Source: Leucoraja ocellata | Lineage: Eukaryota | Assembly (NCBI GenBank): GCA_036785375.1 | Contig: JAWMAR010000026.1 | Span: forward strand, 9,176,001 to 9,240,000 | Reading direction: 5' to 3' | DNA length: 64,000 nucleotides | In this document: positions 23,623 to 34,770 of the stretch, piece by piece | Numbering within the stretch: position 1 is the stretch's first letter | Layout: each line of letters opens with the position of its first letter | Position numbers and translations under genes: made by a program | Notes under the pieces: model-generated | The model's input: only the letters and a program-made list of their open reading frames with translations | Database searches by the model: none | What the model was told of the DNA's origin: nothing

Positions 23623-25629
23623 TGTATGCATGAGCACAACTCCAACAATATTAAACATTATGAAGGACAAAGAAGCACCTATTCTGATCATTCCTTCCTT
23701 CCACCACTTGAACACCAGGCTACAGTAGGTGCTGCCTACAAAGTGCATTGCAAGTTACCTGTTGGCAGTATCTCCGAAACCTGCAAAGTCTGCTATCCTC
23801 AGAAGGATATGTATTTTCAGCATATTTCCAATGACTTTAGCCAATTTCTACAAATACCATGTAGAAAGCATCCTGTCCAGATGCATCGCAGCTTGATTTG
23901 GCAACTGCAAGAAATTGCAAGCTCAGCCATTCCATCATAGATACTAGCCTCTCCCCCATCAACTCCACCAACATGCTGCCTCAGGAAAGCAACCAATATA
24001 ATCAGGGACTACACGCACATTGGTAATTCTTTCTTCCCCTCTCTCCTATTAGGCAGAAAATACAAAACATTGTAATCAAGTACCACCAGATTCAAGAACA
24101 GCTACTTTCCTCTTGTTATCAGATTCTTAAATGGACATCTCATATTCCAATCATTTTATCTACCTTGTCGTGGCACTTTTGTTTTAATCTGTTATTTCTC
24201 TGTAGCTGTACTCTGTTCTTTCTTTCTACCTGATCTACTCATATATACAGTATGATCTGCCTTAATAGCACACAAAACAAAGTGTTTTCACTGCATTTCA
24301 GTACACAAGTAATAAACTAATAGTAATACCAGAGGATAAGAGACACAAAGGAGAACCACCATCTGCTGATTCCCCTCTAAGCCATAAGGACATATCAATA
24401 AGGAATAGACCACATGGCATTCCCTCTCCTCCGGAGCTTGCACTATCATCTAAGATCATGGCTTATCTGTTCTTGGTGTTAGCACCAATTTCCTGCCAGA
24501 TCCTCATAATGCTTAATTCCCCAATGGATCAAAACATTGTCCCTTTCGGATGTGCAGAAATCCTAATGCACAAATCTACTGGTTAACCATGCCCTTTCTC
24601 ATTATATCTTCCAGAAACTTAATGAACACGATTGCTGTTTCATTGTATGTGATTTTTTTAAATATCCACCCACTAGTTTTTTTTCTTATTTTCAGTTAAT
24701 TGATCTATAATGTCATTCTCTTTGGAATTGATGCTTTACCATTGTAGTTTGTTCATCTACTAGAACATTTCTGAAATCAAGGGAATTTTGGAAGATTATA
24801 ACCCATGCAACCACTTTTAAAAATAAAAATCTAAAGATGCATGCTATCAGATACCAGATGACTTGTTAGCATTTAGTCCCATTGGGTTGCTGAGGACATT
24901 ATGTCTAATGATTAAAAAATTATTCTCCTCCCACATGTCCTGATTTCTCATTTTCAATTTCCTCGTGTCAACCTAAAGGACCAACGTTTTCTTCGCAGCC
25001 ATATTACTGTTTATGTCAAAGTTTTTTTTTTGTTACTTCTTATTAGCTTGCACTCCATTTTTAATTATTTTTTTATCATACTTCATCGGTTTCTAAACTT
25101 TTCCCAATCCCCTTCCCTGTCTTCTCAACATTGCATGACGTTTATATTACAATTCCTCTACTGAATTGTTCCTAAATTCTCAATTTCCCTACCCAAAGAC
25201 TTTGTGGGCGAACCTTTACCAGACGAATTGCAGCTCTTCAAGGTGACTCAATAACCCCTTCTCAAGGACAACAGTAGTCACCTTATCAGTGATGCATAGA
25301 TGCCAATAAAAACAAATCAAGGGTTATAATATCTTAAGCAAAAACAATTGCGAGGTCATTTTATAGAGGTGTGCAAAATCATGGCAGATAAAGCCTGAGT
25401 AAATAGAGAGAACCTTTTTTTCCATTAGCAGGGAGGTGAAAGAACAGAGGACACATTTTTTTAATATATGAAAAAACAAAAATGTACATTAGTTATGATG
25501 CACTGCCTCTATGTGGTGGATGGAAATTCACTATAGTTTTCAAAGGATATTATTTTCAGATAAAGTTCAGGACTATCGAGACAAGAAAATGAGACTGACT
25601 AGATTTCTCTACCAAGAGAAATCTAGTCA

Positions 25630-25848
25630 GATCTGTGGAATTCTCTGCCTCAGAGGGCAGTGGAGGCCGGTTCTCTGGATACTTTCAAGAGATAGCTAGA
25701 TGGAGCGCTTAAAGATAGCGGAGTCAGGGGATATGGGAAGAAGGCAGGAACGGGGTACTGATTGGGGATGATCAGCCATGATCACATTAAATGGCGGTGA
25801 TGGTTCGAAGGGCCGAATGGCCAACTCCAGCACCTATTGTCTATTGTA
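25630..25848 (+). mobile_element. CR1 3' fragment
   Basis: CTGTGGAATTCTCTGCCTCAGAGGGCAGTGGAGGCC...CCTATTGTCTATTGT tail, the same subfamily as the element at 27451. Confidence 0.8.
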
Positions 25849-26904
25849 TAAGAACCAGTGGTGATTCAATGGTCTTCTGTAGTACTGATTTTTAGATTCT
25901 ATTTTGTTAATAAATAATGGAGGAGGGTATCAAACTTTGTAAAACAGAATTGATTGAAGAAGTGAGAAGAAAAAGCAGATTGAGTTCAATGCAGAAAAGT
26001 ATGAGGTTGTCCACTTGGACTGCAGGAAGAGATTACCCAGTAAATTGTAAGAAACTGGATGTGCAGATAAATTGAGATACAAGGAACTGCAGATGCTGGA
26101 ATCTTGAACAAAATGCAAACATTGGTGAAACTCAGCAGGTCATGCAGCATTTGTGGAGAGAATGGACAGGTGATGTTTTGGATTAGGACCCTTCTTCAGA
26201 ATGATTTTAGTGGGAAGAAACCTGGAAAAGAGAGACAAAGCATGGCAAGTGGATACAGGTGAGGGGAGTTGGGTTGGCAGAGAGTTTTTAGGTTCATGTT
26301 AGGTATTCATGGCGAACTATTGAAAGGCTAACAAATTGATTTCCTTTATCAAAGGCAGCTAGAATACACATATGAGTGCAGTCCTGTTACAGCTGTACAT
26401 AACCAGCTAGATCCCCTGCAATATTCAGTGCTGGTGCCATCCCCAAAAAAATAATATATTTTTTTTTATAGGGAGAAGCACCATTTTATTTGTGTCGTAG
26501 TAAAAAAGATTATATCGAGGAGAGGTTATAGAGACTAGTTTACATTGCTTTTAATATGTAAGATTAAAAATTATCAAATTTAAGTGGCACAGATTCGTTA
26601 TCCACTGTGCAAACTAGGGAGTTTAATCTTAAAATTGGTATCAGGCCAACTATACGTATTGCATTATGCAAAAAATAACCCTTTACTCAAAAAGAGAGTA
26701 ATTATCCCCATCCCCAAATTGGCAAGACTGGTGGTCCACTGCAAATACAAAACCCACGAGAAGGTGGAAAAACAAGGAACTGCAGATGCTTGTTTATGCA
26801 AAAATATAAAATGTTGGAATCTCAGGTCGGCATCTTTCCGGACCCAAAATGTCATCTATCCACGTCCTCTAGCGATGTTGCCTGATCTGCTGACTTAATA
26901 TAAG

Positions 26905-27240
26905 ACCATAATATATAGGAGCTGAATTAAGCCATTCAGCTCATTGAGTCTACTCCGCCATTCAATCATGGCTGATCTATTTTTCCCTTTCAACCCTATT
27001 TGACGCCTTTACTAATCAAGCAATCTCCACTTTAAAAATAGCAACGGTCTTGGCCCCCACAGTTGTCTGGGGCAATGAATTCCACAGATTCACCACCCTC
27101 TGGATAAAAAAAATCCTCATCTTCATTCTAAAGGTCAAGATACATCCTTTTATTCTGAGCATGTGCCCTCCAGTTCTAGATTCCCCCTTTACTGGAAACA
27201 TGCTTTCCACGTCCACTCTACCTAGGCCTTTCATAATGTT
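26905..27240 (-). mobile_element. CR1 3' fragment
   Basis: FFIQRVVNLWNSLPQ peptide and CR1 3'UTR. Confidence 0.8.
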
Positions 27241-27450
27241 GTATACCTTCTTAAACAGTGGAGTTACATTTGCAATTTTCTAGACCTCTTGAACCATTCC
27301 TGACTCTAGTGATTCTTGAAAGATCAATACTAATGCCTCCACAATCTCAACAGCTACCTCCTTCAGAACCTTGGGATGTAGTCCATCTGGTCCAGGTGAC
27401 TTATCCACCTTCAGAGCTTGCAGTTACTTCAGCACTTTCTTTTTCGTTCT

Positions 27451-30400
27451 CAATAGACAATAGACAATAGGTGCAGGAGTAGGCCATTTGGCCCTTCGAG
27501 CCAGCACTGCCATTCAATGTGATTAAGGCTGATCATTCCCAATCAGTACCACGTTCCTGTTTTCTCCCCATATCCCCTGACTCCACTATTTTTAAGAGCC
27601 CTATCTAGCTCTCTCTTGAAAGCATCCAGAGAACCTGCCTCCTCAGCCCTCTGAGGCAGAGAATTCCACACTCACCACTCTCTGTGATAAAAAGTGTTTC
27701 CTCGTCTCCGTTCTAAATGGCTTACTCCTTATTCTTAATCTGTGGCCAGTGGTTCTGGTCTCCCCCAACACCGGGAACATGTTTCCTACCTGTAACGTGT
27801 CCAAGCCCTTAACAATCTTATATGTTTCAATGAGATCCCCTCTCATCCTTCTAAACTCCAGAGTGTACAAGCCCAGCTGCTCCATTCTCTCAGCATATGA
27901 CAGTCCCGCCATCCAGGGAATTAACCTTGTAAACCTACGCTGGACTCCCTAAATAGCATGAATGTCCTTCCTCAAGTTATGGGACGAAAACTGCAAACAA
28001 TACTCCAGGTGTGGTCTCAATAGGGCTCTGTACAACTGCAGAAGGACCTCTTTGCTCCTATATTCGATTCCTCTTGTTATAAAGGCCCGGGGGCGGAAAA
28101 CCCGGGGGGGGGGGGGGGGGGGGGGGTGGGGCAAAGGGGACACGTTCCCCCCCCCATGTTTTGAGAGGTGGCGGACATCCCCCCCCAAGTTTTTGTCATC
28201 CCGATTTAAAAATCTCCGCTTTCGCGAGACAGTGGAGGTGGGACTGCTGAACGAGGGCTCCGATTGGACAAGAGAGACGTCGGTCAGCAGGCAATGGGGG
28301 CGGGACATGATGATTTAGCGCAAAGATTGGAGGATGGAGGAATGGTGTGGGGGGGTGGGGGGGACTGATGATAGAGTGCGGTGATTGGTGGAGGGAGACG
28401 TGCGCCTCATATGTAGCCAGGATCGATTCCGGCCTGGTCTCCGGCGCTGTCCCTTCCGCACCAGAGTGCCCCCCCTCCCCACCATGGGTGGCCAGAGAGG
28501 TCGGGAGTCAGACGCGAGCTGTACCCCCAGGCCCACAGCCAGCGCAGAGAAGCAGCGCTAAACCCAGCTCAACTCTGCCTGTCCGCGGAGAAGCTGCGCT
28601 GGTATCCCGTCAGTCCAGGCAGGGCTTGGAGGTTAACCCGGCGAGACAGGCAGAGTTGAGCTGAATTTAGCGCTGGATTGAGCCTCCGAAGCCTCGCGCA
28701 TGTGTGTGTGTGAATGTGCACATGCACGTGCGGCCGACAAAAAATTGTGTCCCCCCTGTTCCCCGGTCCCCTCCATATTTTGATAGTGAGTTCCGTGCCT
28801 GTAAAGGCCAACATGCCATTCGCTTTCTTCACTACCTGCTGTATCTGCATGCTTACTTTCATAGACTGATGTACAAGGACCCCTAGATCCCGGTGTACTT
28901 CTCCTTTTCCCAACTAGACGCCATTTAGATAGTAATCTGCCTTCCTGTTTTTGCTACCAAAGTGGATAACCTCACATTTATCTGCATTAAACTTCATCTG
29001 CCATACATCTGCCCACACCCCCAACCTGTCCAAGTCACCCTGCATTCTCATAACATCCTCCTCACAGTTCACACAGCCACCCAGCTTTGTGTCATCTGCA
29101 AATTTGCTAATGTTACTTTGAATCCCTTCATCAAAATCATTGATGTATATTGTAAATAGCTGCGGTCCCAGCACCGAGCCTAGCGGTACCCCACTAGTCA
29201 CTGCCTGCCATTCTGAAAGGGACCCATTAATCCCTACTCTTTGTTTCCTGTCTGCCAACCACTTCTCTATCCATGTCAGCACTCTACCCCCAATACCATG
29301 TGCCCTAATTTTGCTCACTAATCTCCTATGTGGGACCTTATCAAATGCTTTCTGAAAGTCCAGTTACACTACATCCACTGGCTCTCCCTTGTCCATTTTC
29401 CTGGTTACATGTTCAAAAAATTCCAGAAGATTAGTCGAGCATGATTTCCCCTTCGTAAATCCATGCTGACTCTGACCGATCCTGTTACTGCTATCCAAAT
29501 GTTCGGCTATCTCATCTTTTAGAATTGACTCCAGCATCTTCCCCACCACCGATATCAGGCTAACTGGTCTATAATTCCGTTTTCTCTCTCCCGCCTTTCT
29601 TAAAAAGTGGGATAACATTAGCTACCCTCCAATCCTCAGGAACTGATCCTGAGTCTATAGAACATTGGAAAATTATCACCAATGCATCCACGATTTCTAG
29701 AGCCACTTCCTTAAGAACCCTGGGATGCAGACCATCAGGCCCTGGGGATTTATTAGGCTTCAGTCCCCTCAGTCTATCCAACACCATTTCCTGCCAAATG
29801 TGGATTTCCTTCAGTTCCTCTGTCACCCCAGATCCTCTAGCCATTACTATATCAGGAAGATTGTTTGTGTGCTCCTTTGTGATGACAGATCCAAAGTACC
29901 TGTTCAACTCATCTGCCATTTCCTTGTTCCCCATAATAAATTCACCTTTTTCGGTCTTCAAGAATCCAACTTTGGTCTTTACTAATTTTTTCCTCTTCAC
30001 ATACCTAAGGAAGCTTTTAGTATCCTGCTTTATATTCTTGGCTTACCTTCGTACCTCATCTTTTCTGCCCGCATAGTCTTTTTAGTTATCTTCTGTTGGA
30101 CTTTAAACATTACCCAATCCTCTTGCTTCCTGCTCATCTTTGCTACGTCGTACTTCTTCACTTTAATTTTTATACTGTCCCTGACGTCCCTTGTCAGCCA
30201 TGGTCGTCCCTTTCCCCCCTTGGAATCTTTCTTCCTCCTAGGAATGAACTGGTCCTGCACCTTCTGTATTATTCCTAGAAACACCTGCCATTTTTGTTCC
30301 ACTGTCATCCCTGCTAGTGTATCTTTCCAGTCAACTTTGGCCAGCTCCTCCCTCATGGCCCCATAATCCCCTTTATTCAACTGCAACGCTGACACCTCCG

Positions 30401-31970
30401 ATCTACTCTTCTCCCTCTCCAATTGTAGATTAAACCTGACCATGTTATGGTCACTGCCTCCTAATGGCTCATTAACCTCTAGGTCCTTTATCAAATCCGG
30501 TTCATTACATAACACTAAATCCAGAATAGCCTTCTCCCTGGTAGGCTACAATACAAGCTGTTCTAAGAATCCATCACAAAGGCACTCTACAAAGTCCCTA
30601 TCTTGGGTCCAGTACCAACCTGATTTTCCCAGTCTACCTGCATGTTGCAATCTCCCATAACAACCACAGCATTACTTTTACTACATGCCAATTTTAACTC
30701 CTGATTCAACTTGCGTCCTATGTCCAGGCTACTGTTTGGGGGCCTGTAGATTAGTCCCATTAAGGTATTTTTACCCTTACAATTCCTTAGTTCTATCCAT
30801 ACTGACTCCACGTCTCCTGCTTCAATGTCACCTCTTGCAAGGGACTGAATTTCATTCCTCACCAACAGGGCAACCCCACCCCCTCTGCCCACCTGTCTAT
30901 CTTTTCGATAGGAGGTATACCCTTGAATATTCAGTTCCCAGCCCTGGCCCTCTTGCAGCCATGTCTCAGTAATTCCCACAACATCATACTTGCCAGTTTC
31001 TAACTGAGCTTCAAGCTCGTCCACTTTATTCCTTATACTTCGTGCATTCATATACAGCACTTTGACCTCCGCATTCACTTCCCCCCTCGATCCGCTCGCA
31101 ATTGGCCCTGACCTTACTCTGTTGTCCATTCTCGAGCTTTCCTTCCCATTAATTCGAGAATTTTTTGTAATTTTTCCTGTAGCCACTTCCCCTTCAACTC
31201 CATCTTTATACGCCCAATTTGTCAATCCCTCCCCTCCACTATTTAGTTTAAACCCACACATGTAGCCCTAGCAAACCTGCCTGCCAGAATGTCGGTCCCC
31301 CTCCAGTTAAGGTGTAACCCGTCCCTTTAGTACAGGTCACCCCTACCCCAGAAGAGATCCCAGTGCTCTATAAATCTAATCTAAATCCTTGCTCCCTGCT
31401 CCAGCCCTTCAGCCACACATTCAGATCCCCTATCTCCCTGTTCCTGTCCTCACTAGCACGAGGTATTGGAGGCAATCCAGAGATAACCACCCTAGAATTC
31501 TGGCATTTCAGTCTTCTTCCCAACTCTCTGAAGTCATGTTGGGGAACCTCCTTCCTCTTTTTCCCGATGTCTTTTGTGCTTACGTGCACAACTACTGCCG
31601 GCTGTTCACCGTCTCCCTCGAGGATGTTCTGAATTCGGCTCATGACATCCTGAACCCTGGCACCAGGGAGGCAACAGACCTTCCTCGCATCTCGTCTGCC
31701 GCCACAGAATCTCCTGTCCGCTCCTCGGACAATGGAGTCACCCACCACTAGGGCTCTGCCTGACGTCGGTCTCGCCGGTCGAGTCCCATCTCTAGGACTG
31801 GAGCCACCGACGTGTCCGCCACTCGGACTGGAAACATTGTCTCCCCGGACAGTTCCCAAGAGGGCGTACCTGTTTTCATTAGGCACAGCCACCTGAGTCT
31901 TCTGCACTGTACGATTTCCACCCTTTCTCTCCGTCACACACCTTGGTTCTTCCCGTATCCTCGGCGTATT
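27451..31970 (-). mobile_element. CR1 LINE, 5'-truncated within ORF1, disrupted
   Basis: (CTATTGT)n tail; RT (GVPLGSVLGP, FADD), APE (YMNARS, GITETW, GGSDH) and ORF1 esterase (VGDSIVRG, CLPGA) fragments in the correct order. Confidence 0.92.
28088..28801. mobile_element. Non-autonomous hAT-type DNA transposon inserted in the CR1 RT region
   Basis: Perfect 8-bp TSD TAAAGGCC at 28080-28087 and 28802-28809; imperfect TIRs CGGGGGCGGAA and TTCCGTGCCTG; the CR1 sequence resumes exactly on either side. Confidence 0.85.
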
Positions 31971-32258
31971 CTCCTGAACTTTTTGTTCAACAAGCATAAC
32001 AGTCATGGGATCAATAAGCATAGATAAGATGAAGAGCGAATATAATTATTTTTTTATTTAACTGTAAGAATAAGTTTAAAGGATAGGCAGAACCTTTTTC
32101 CCAAGTGGGAAATATCAAATATGAAGATCATAGCTTTAAGGTGCGGGGTAAAGTTTTTACAGAGGGTGGCTGAGTGCCTGAAACACGCTGCCAGGGTTGG
32201 TGGTGGAGGCAGATATGATAGTGGCATTTACGTCTTTCGATGCGCATATGAACATGGA

Positions 32259-32314
32259 TGCATTTCGTTGTCTCTGTACTGTACACTGACAATGACAATT
32301 AAAATTGAATCTGA
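32259..32314 (+). mobile_element. 56-bp Rex/Babar-type LINE tail inserted in a CR1 3' fragment (about 32040-32420)
   Basis: TGCATTTCGTTGTCTCTGTACTGTACACTGACAATGACAATTAAAATTGAATCTGA; TSD ATGGA at 32254-32258 and 32315-32319. Confidence 0.8.
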
Positions 32315-32599
32315 ATGGAGGGATATGGATTATGTGCAGGTAGATAAGAGATGCATCGCGTTCAGCAGATATTGTGGGCCGAAGAGCCTGTTCTTGCACT
32401 GTACTATATTCTATGACTGCATAGCCCATATAATGCAGCTTTTCTCACCTTTGCGTTAAATCTCTGCTCTTGAAATGATTGCAGAACCTATGGTTTAAAG
32501 TTGTACTGCTGTATGATTTAAAATAAAATTTGGTCAAATAATCTAAATAATAGCTGATGGAGCTATGTTTTGTGATGTTTTGTGTTTATCATAAGTGTG

Positions 32600-32895
32600 A
32601 ATAGCCTAACAGCGCTGGACCCGGGTTCGATCCTGTCTGTATGTTGTGACGAAAGATCATATCTATGATCTTTGGTTGTGACCGCGTGGGTTTGCTCCGG
32701 TTTCCACCCACATCTCAAAGACGTGTGGTTTTGTCGGTTAATTGGACTCTGTAAATGTCCCCTGGTGTACAGGGAATAGCTGAGATGAGAAAGCGGGGAT
32801 AACATGGACCAAATGACAACGGGTGATCGATGGTCGCCGTGGACTCGGCGGACCGAGGGGCCTGTTTCCACGTTGTGTCCATAAAGTAAACTAAT
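32600..32895 (+). mobile_element. HE1-like V-SINE
   Basis: B-box GGGTTCGATCC, V-domain GTGACCGCGTGGGTTTGCTCCGGTTTCC, tail GGACCGAGGGGCCTGTTTCCAC. Confidence 0.75.
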
Positions 32896-32912
32896 TGAAA
32901 ATATTCACATAG

Positions 32913-33000
32913 GCAGACAAAAATGCTGGAGAAACTCAGCGGGCGAGGCAGCATCTATGAAAATAAGGCGACGTTTCGGGTCGAGACCCTTCTTCAGACT
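32913..33000 (-). ncRNA. Penelope-derived repeat with an intact minimal hammerhead-like catalytic core
   Basis: Minus strand reads AGT-CTGAAGA-A-GGGT-CTCG-ACCC-GAAAC-GTC-GCC, i.e. CUGAnGA, stem II, GAAA and a GUC triplet. Stem I pairing is weak and activity is untested. Confidence 0.55.
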
Positions 33001-33205
33001 GTAAGACACTTCTCCATGCCATGGAAGTCCATGCCATTGCTCTTCCATGGATCAACATTTGCCCGTTATGGGTGAAAGTGAAGCAAATAATGAAGGTGTT
33101 GGATAAAGTGGAAGGGATCATTGTGATGAGAGTACATTGTTCGTGCAAAGTGCACACACCAGCGACAATTGGAACTAAAGGCATAAATCTCCGCGACACC
33201 GTCTG

Positions 33206-33399
33206 GTCACATGACCCAGCCACATGACCACAATTTGCACCAACCATTTGACTCTTTAAAAAAAAATTGCACATTATATTTTGATCACACTTAAAAAAAC
33301 CCACGACAAACACAAAGGCCGTATATTTATTTGCCAGTCATTTCGTCTCCTTTTCCAATAATTAAAAAAAAAATCCACACCGATTAAATGTCACGTGAT
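33206..33399. promoter_or_regulatory. E-box cluster (M-box/CLEAR-like)
   Basis: GTCACATGAC at 33206-33215, CCACATGACC at 33220-33229, GTCACGTGAT at 33390-33399. Confidence 0.4.
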
Positions 33400-33519
33400 G
33401 CGAGATCTCCCTCCCTCTTTTTCAAAACAACAAAGTGATGTGCAGGAGAATGAGGGATGTGAGTCTGTGGCAAAGTGAATGGATTTTAATGTAAAATAAA
33501 ATATATATATAATTCATGC

Positions 33520-34770
33520 AGGCACGATTTGGTGTTAGCGCCGGGCAGCGCGAGCGAGCGTTGGACTGTGCCACTGCGGCGGGCGCACGGATTCGGCGGG
33601 GGGAGCGGGGGGGAAGGTTGAAGCTGGCGTGCTGGCGGCGGCGGGCTGGAGGGTAGAGAGCGGCGCGTCCACCAGCACTGTTGGTTATACGTATATATAT
33701 AAATATATAAATTATATATATCATATATATATAGAGAGAGAGAAAAGAGGGGGTGTTTAAAAAACTATTGCTGAAATAAAAGAAACTTGAACAAAAAAAA
33801 TAAACCCCCCCCCAAAAAAACTCTTCTCCGCTTCAACCCGCTGACCGGAAACCCTCAACTTTACCCCCTCCCCAATCAACAAAAAAAAACTCGGAGCAGT
33901 CTCGCTCTCGCCCGACTAATCGCGCGACTAATCGGCGGGCTCGGGATTGTTTTCTTCTGGTATCGGTTTTTTTTTAAAGAGTAAATTTAAGTGGAGCTTT
34001 TTTTTTAAGTGTCTGGCCGGCGCTAAAAAGTTTTCTGAGGAAATTTTTAATTTTGTTTTTTTTGTTGTTGTGTTTGTCGGTGGTTCCAAGATGGCGCAGT
34101 GAGTGAGGCCCCGCTGCCGCCGCCATTTGCAGCCGCGCCGACCGAGCGAGCAAGCGAGCCGAGAGCCCGAGTAAACGCAGCCAGGCCAGGCCAGGCCGCC
34201 TCCTCTCTCGTCTCCTCTCCCCCGACCTCCCCGCCGCCATCCTCCCCTCCCTTCCCCAATTCACCCCCTCCCCCCTCCTCCCCATCTCGGCCTCTCTCTT
34301 ATCCCACCGGCAAGGCAGCGCCATGTTCAGGCTACACGGAGGAGGAGGAGGAACAGCGGCAGCAGGAGAAAAGTGAGCCGAGAGCCGGGGACAGGCCGAA
34401 GACAGACAGACTCGGGGGGGCGAAGCCTGAGAGGAACCGGAGCGGAAGCGGAGCAAACACTCCTGAAGTGACCATCGGGCCTCCGGATTCACCCGTGAGA
34501 ACACTTAGCAGAAGGCGATCCCTTCCCTCCTCCATCGTTTTTATATATATTTATGAAAGAGAGAGGAAAGCGCTGAAACGAGAAGAGAAAAAATTCTTTT
34601 TCCAGTAAAAGAAAGGGGAATAATGACCATTTCCCGCTTTCCTCAGCTGACCGCCCCGACCAGCAATGAATCTTGACTCGTTATCGCTGGCCTTGTCTCA
34701 AATCAGCTACCTTGTGGACAACCTGACCAAGAAGAATTACAAATCCAGCCAGCAGGAGATCTCTCATGTG
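33520..34770 (+). promoter_or_regulatory. CNOT1: CpG island / promoter and 5'UTR of CNOT1
   Basis: Non-repetitive CpG-dense blocks directly upstream of the ATG; YY1-type motifs CAAGATGGCG (34087) and CCGCCATTT (34120); candidate donor GTGAGT at 34099. Confidence 0.75.
34666..34767 (+). CDS. CNOT1: CCR4-NOT transcription complex subunit 1, first coding exon
   Basis: [34 protein letters not shown], near-identical to the vertebrate CNOT1 N-terminus; 102 nt; donor CAT|GTGAGT. Confidence 0.97.

Noticed and set aside
33422-34608. Several Ala/Pro/Arg-rich ORFs in the track
   Set aside because: These are low-complexity readings of a GC-rich CpG island with no recognisable domain.
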